A DNA stretch of 32,000 nucleotides from the NCBI RefSeq assembly GCF_000025505.1, contig NC_013849.1:90001-122000 (forward strand), given 5' to 3'. Positions within the stretch are counted from its first letter, which is position 1, and the number at the start of each line of letters is the position of its first letter. Origin of the DNA: Ferroglobus placidus DSM 10642 (lineage in GTDB: Archaea; Halobacteriota; Archaeoglobi; Archaeoglobales; Archaeoglobaceae). The position numbers and the translations under genes were made by a program. Of this stretch, positions 30,389-32,000 are shown in pieces. The notes below the pieces were generated by a model that did not search any database, had not been told where the DNA came from, and saw only the letters and a list, made by a program, of their open reading frames with translations.

Positions 30389-31842
30389 TAGAAGAAGTTC
30401 TGAAAGAATCTCTGAAGTTGCAGGAAGAAGCAGTTAAGGCTATAGAAACCCACAGGTTTGAGGAGTTCAAGATCGTTCACGCGGAAAAGTTTGTAGAGGC
30501 TGTTAGGGAAATGAAGGTAAAAGATGGACAGAACGAAAACGCTCTCAACCTCTACAGAATGAGCCTGATAAACCACTACGAAATCTTGAAAAGCTTAACC
30601 GAAAGCGTGTCTCCGATGGAATCGGCTTTTCTCGAGTGGATGCAAACTCCGGTTGTGATGGAAATCCTTTACAGCCTGGACTCTTCTTTCAGAGAAGCCG
30701 CTGAAAGAGTTGCGAAGGTAATTGAGGAGAGCGACGATATCATTTCCCTCGAAGCTATGAGAATCGCCAACGGCTTTTACGGAGTGACTTCGGCAAAGGA
30801 CTTTGCCGCTATTCCCGGCTCAACTCTCTCGGTTTTGGCAAAAATTGTCGAGAGGGCAGATGTAGAGAGAGACTACGCAAAAGCGTTTTTATCAGCAAAG
30901 TCGTGGGGGTTGAACACTTCCTACATCTTCGGCAACGAGTTTTTGAAAGTTTTTAAGGAAACGAAGAGCTTTGAAAAAGCTGTAGAGGCTGAGAAAAAAG
31001 CTATGAAGAGAATGTTGCTCGAGCCGGTAAAGCTTCAGAGGGAAATAATGCTTTCCTACGGATTCAAATCCTTCGATCCGGCAGATTATATGAGAATTTA
31101 CAGAGAAAAGATGGAAAATGTCGTAAATGATTCTCTCGACGAAGTTCACGTAGCAAACATCGTCATGCTGCCAACCCATGTAGGAGATGTCGGACACCAC
31201 ATAGGCTGGCAGTACTACTACATCTGCAGAGATGAGATGTGCATGGAGCTTTTAAGAGTGCACTTGGCTTTCCTCAAAAGGAACCTCCGAAGAGCGTTTG
31301 AGGAAGGTTTGATGAAGAGCGTTTTCGACGTCTCTTACTTTGCCACCGGACTTTCCGCTTTACTAATATACAAACTTCTGTTCGACGAAGGATTTACAGC
31401 AGAGATGCTCACGAGACTATTCACGGAAAGGTTTTACAACTACGTGATGCTCAATCAGTTTGATAGAAACGTCGTTAACGAGCTTCACGTCAACGACCTT
31501 CTCGATTTCGCTTTTCGCGGGCAGAGATTGGCTGAAAAGGGGTGGAAGATTGGAAAACTCGAAGTGGATTTTTCAGACTACGAAAACTCCTTCCTGCAGA
31601 GGGGTGAATACTACGCTTATCCCTTCTGCGCAATAACGACAAAATTCGCAACTTTGATGAGGTTTGCAGACATGCCTTGTTTACTCGCTCCCGAGCCAAT
31701 AAGCATAGCAACTCTCGTAAATGCTGTGGCGTTATCTCCGGAAAAGCCCTTCGCTCCCGTAAGTTTATGCAAGAACTGCGCAACAGCCCACGTCCAGCCG
31801 GCTAAGTGCATGCACTGCTTAAGCAAAAACCTCAAAATTTAA
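30385..31842 (+). CDS. Conserved-looking hypothetical protein, translationally coupled to the MtrH-like gene; C-terminal CxxC-x9-CxxC knuckle
   Basis: 485-aa ORF with an ATGA overlap on the mtrH-like stop. The C-terminus is CKNCATAHVQPAKCMHC. I recognise no other family signature. Confidence 0.6.
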   Translation: MIEEVLKESLKLQEEAVKAIETHRFEEFKIVHAEKFVEAVREMKVKDGQNENALNLYRMSLINHYEILKSLTESVSPMESAFLEWMQTPVVMEILYSLDSSFREAAERVAKVIEESDDIISLEAMRIANGFYGVTSAKDFAAIPGSTLSVLAKIVERADVERDYAKAFLSAKSWGLNTSYIFGNEFLKVFKETKSFEKAVEAEKKAMKRMLLEPVKLQREIMLSYGFKSFDPADYMRIYREKMENVVNDSLDEVHVANIVMLPTHVGDVGHHIGWQYYYICRDEMCMELLRVHLAFLKRNLRRAFEEGLMKSVFDVSYFATGLSALLIYKLLFDEGFTAEMLTRLFTERFYNYVMLNQFDRNVVNELHVNDLLDFAFRGQRLAEKGWKIGKLEVDFSDYENSFLQRGEYYAYPFCAITTKFATLMRFADMPCLLAPEPISIATLVNAVALSPEKPFAPVSLCKNCATAHVQPAKCMHCLSKNLKI

Positions 31843-31850
31843 AAAATAAA

Positions 31851-31861
31851 TTTTTTTTTTT
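31851..31861. terminator. T11 run between convergent genes (A-rich on the flank); bidirectional archaeal oligo-T/oligo-A terminator candidate
   Basis: The sequence AAAAAATAAA followed by T11 lies immediately after the stop at 31842 and 7 nt before the convergent ferredoxin stop at 31868. Confidence 0.4.
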
Positions 31862-31867
31862 GGAGCG

Positions 31868-32000
31868 TCATTCTATCGTTATCGCTCCAGCGGGACAGCT
31901 TTCTGCAGCTTCCTGGCAGCAGTCGATATTAGCTTCGCAATCTCCAACGACTCTACTTATCCCGTTCTCGTCGAGCTTAAAAACTTCCGGACAGATCTCC
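31868..32000 (-). CDS. Small [4Fe-4S]/[3Fe-4S] ferredoxin, C-terminal part (runs off the window)
   Basis: Minus-strand translation gives ...EICPEVFKLDENGISRVVGDCEANIDCCQEAAESCPAGAITIE*. It resembles Pyrococcus/Thermococcus-type single-cluster ferredoxins. The stop is at 31868-31870. Confidence 0.65.
   Translation of the reverse strand, partial: EICPEVFKLDENGISRVVGDCEANIDCCQEAAESCPAGAITIE

Overview
This looks like a compact archaeal chromosome segment, probably from the Archaeoglobales (Archaeoglobus/Ferroglobus-like). That guess rests on tightly packed and overlapping genes, leaderless TATA-type promoters, GGAGGTGA-type ribosome-binding sites, K/E/I-rich proteins, an MtrH homologue and AcnX genes. 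I found no rRNA, tRNA, CRISPR array or mobile element.

The left third (1-11.1 kb) is mostly housekeeping:
- an AcnX (DUF521/DUF126) pair
- two tandem APC permeases; the second is damaged or recoded and carries a nucleotidyltransferase domain
- tatC, trkA and trkH
- an ACT-domain protein
- pyrI and pyrB
- a ribbon-helix-helix (RHH) regulator

The rest is an anaerobic-respiration island:
1. modBC converges on a five-gene minus-strand operon. It encodes a Tat-exported NarG-like molybdo/tungsto-pterin subunit, a small 4x[4Fe-4S] subunit, an NrfD-type membrane anchor, a TorD/NarJ-like chaperone and modA.
2. A three-gene minus-strand operon encodes a CuA-type cupredoxin, a NosR/NapH-like membrane polyferredoxin and a second CuA-type cupredoxin.
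3. Divergent from that operon is a non-canonical nitrous-oxide reductase cluster: nosZ, nosL, an unknown 4-TM gene, nosD, nosF, nosY and an HTH_10 regulator.

The most interesting signals are the orphan CuA-cupredoxin/polyferredoxin operon, which may feed electrons to NosZ, and a palindromic box (CTAA-N4-TTAG inside CCTAAA-N2-TTTAGG). The box occurs at mirror-image positions in the nos divergent promoter region and a third time in front of the Nar-like enzyme operon. This suggests one regulon, possibly controlled by the Cys/His-containing HTH_10 regulator at the end of the nos cluster.

The window ends with a HAD phosphatase, an MtrH-like methyltransferase coupled to an unknown 485-aa protein, and a partial ferredoxin. 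All functional calls come from motif recognition by eye; no database search was run.
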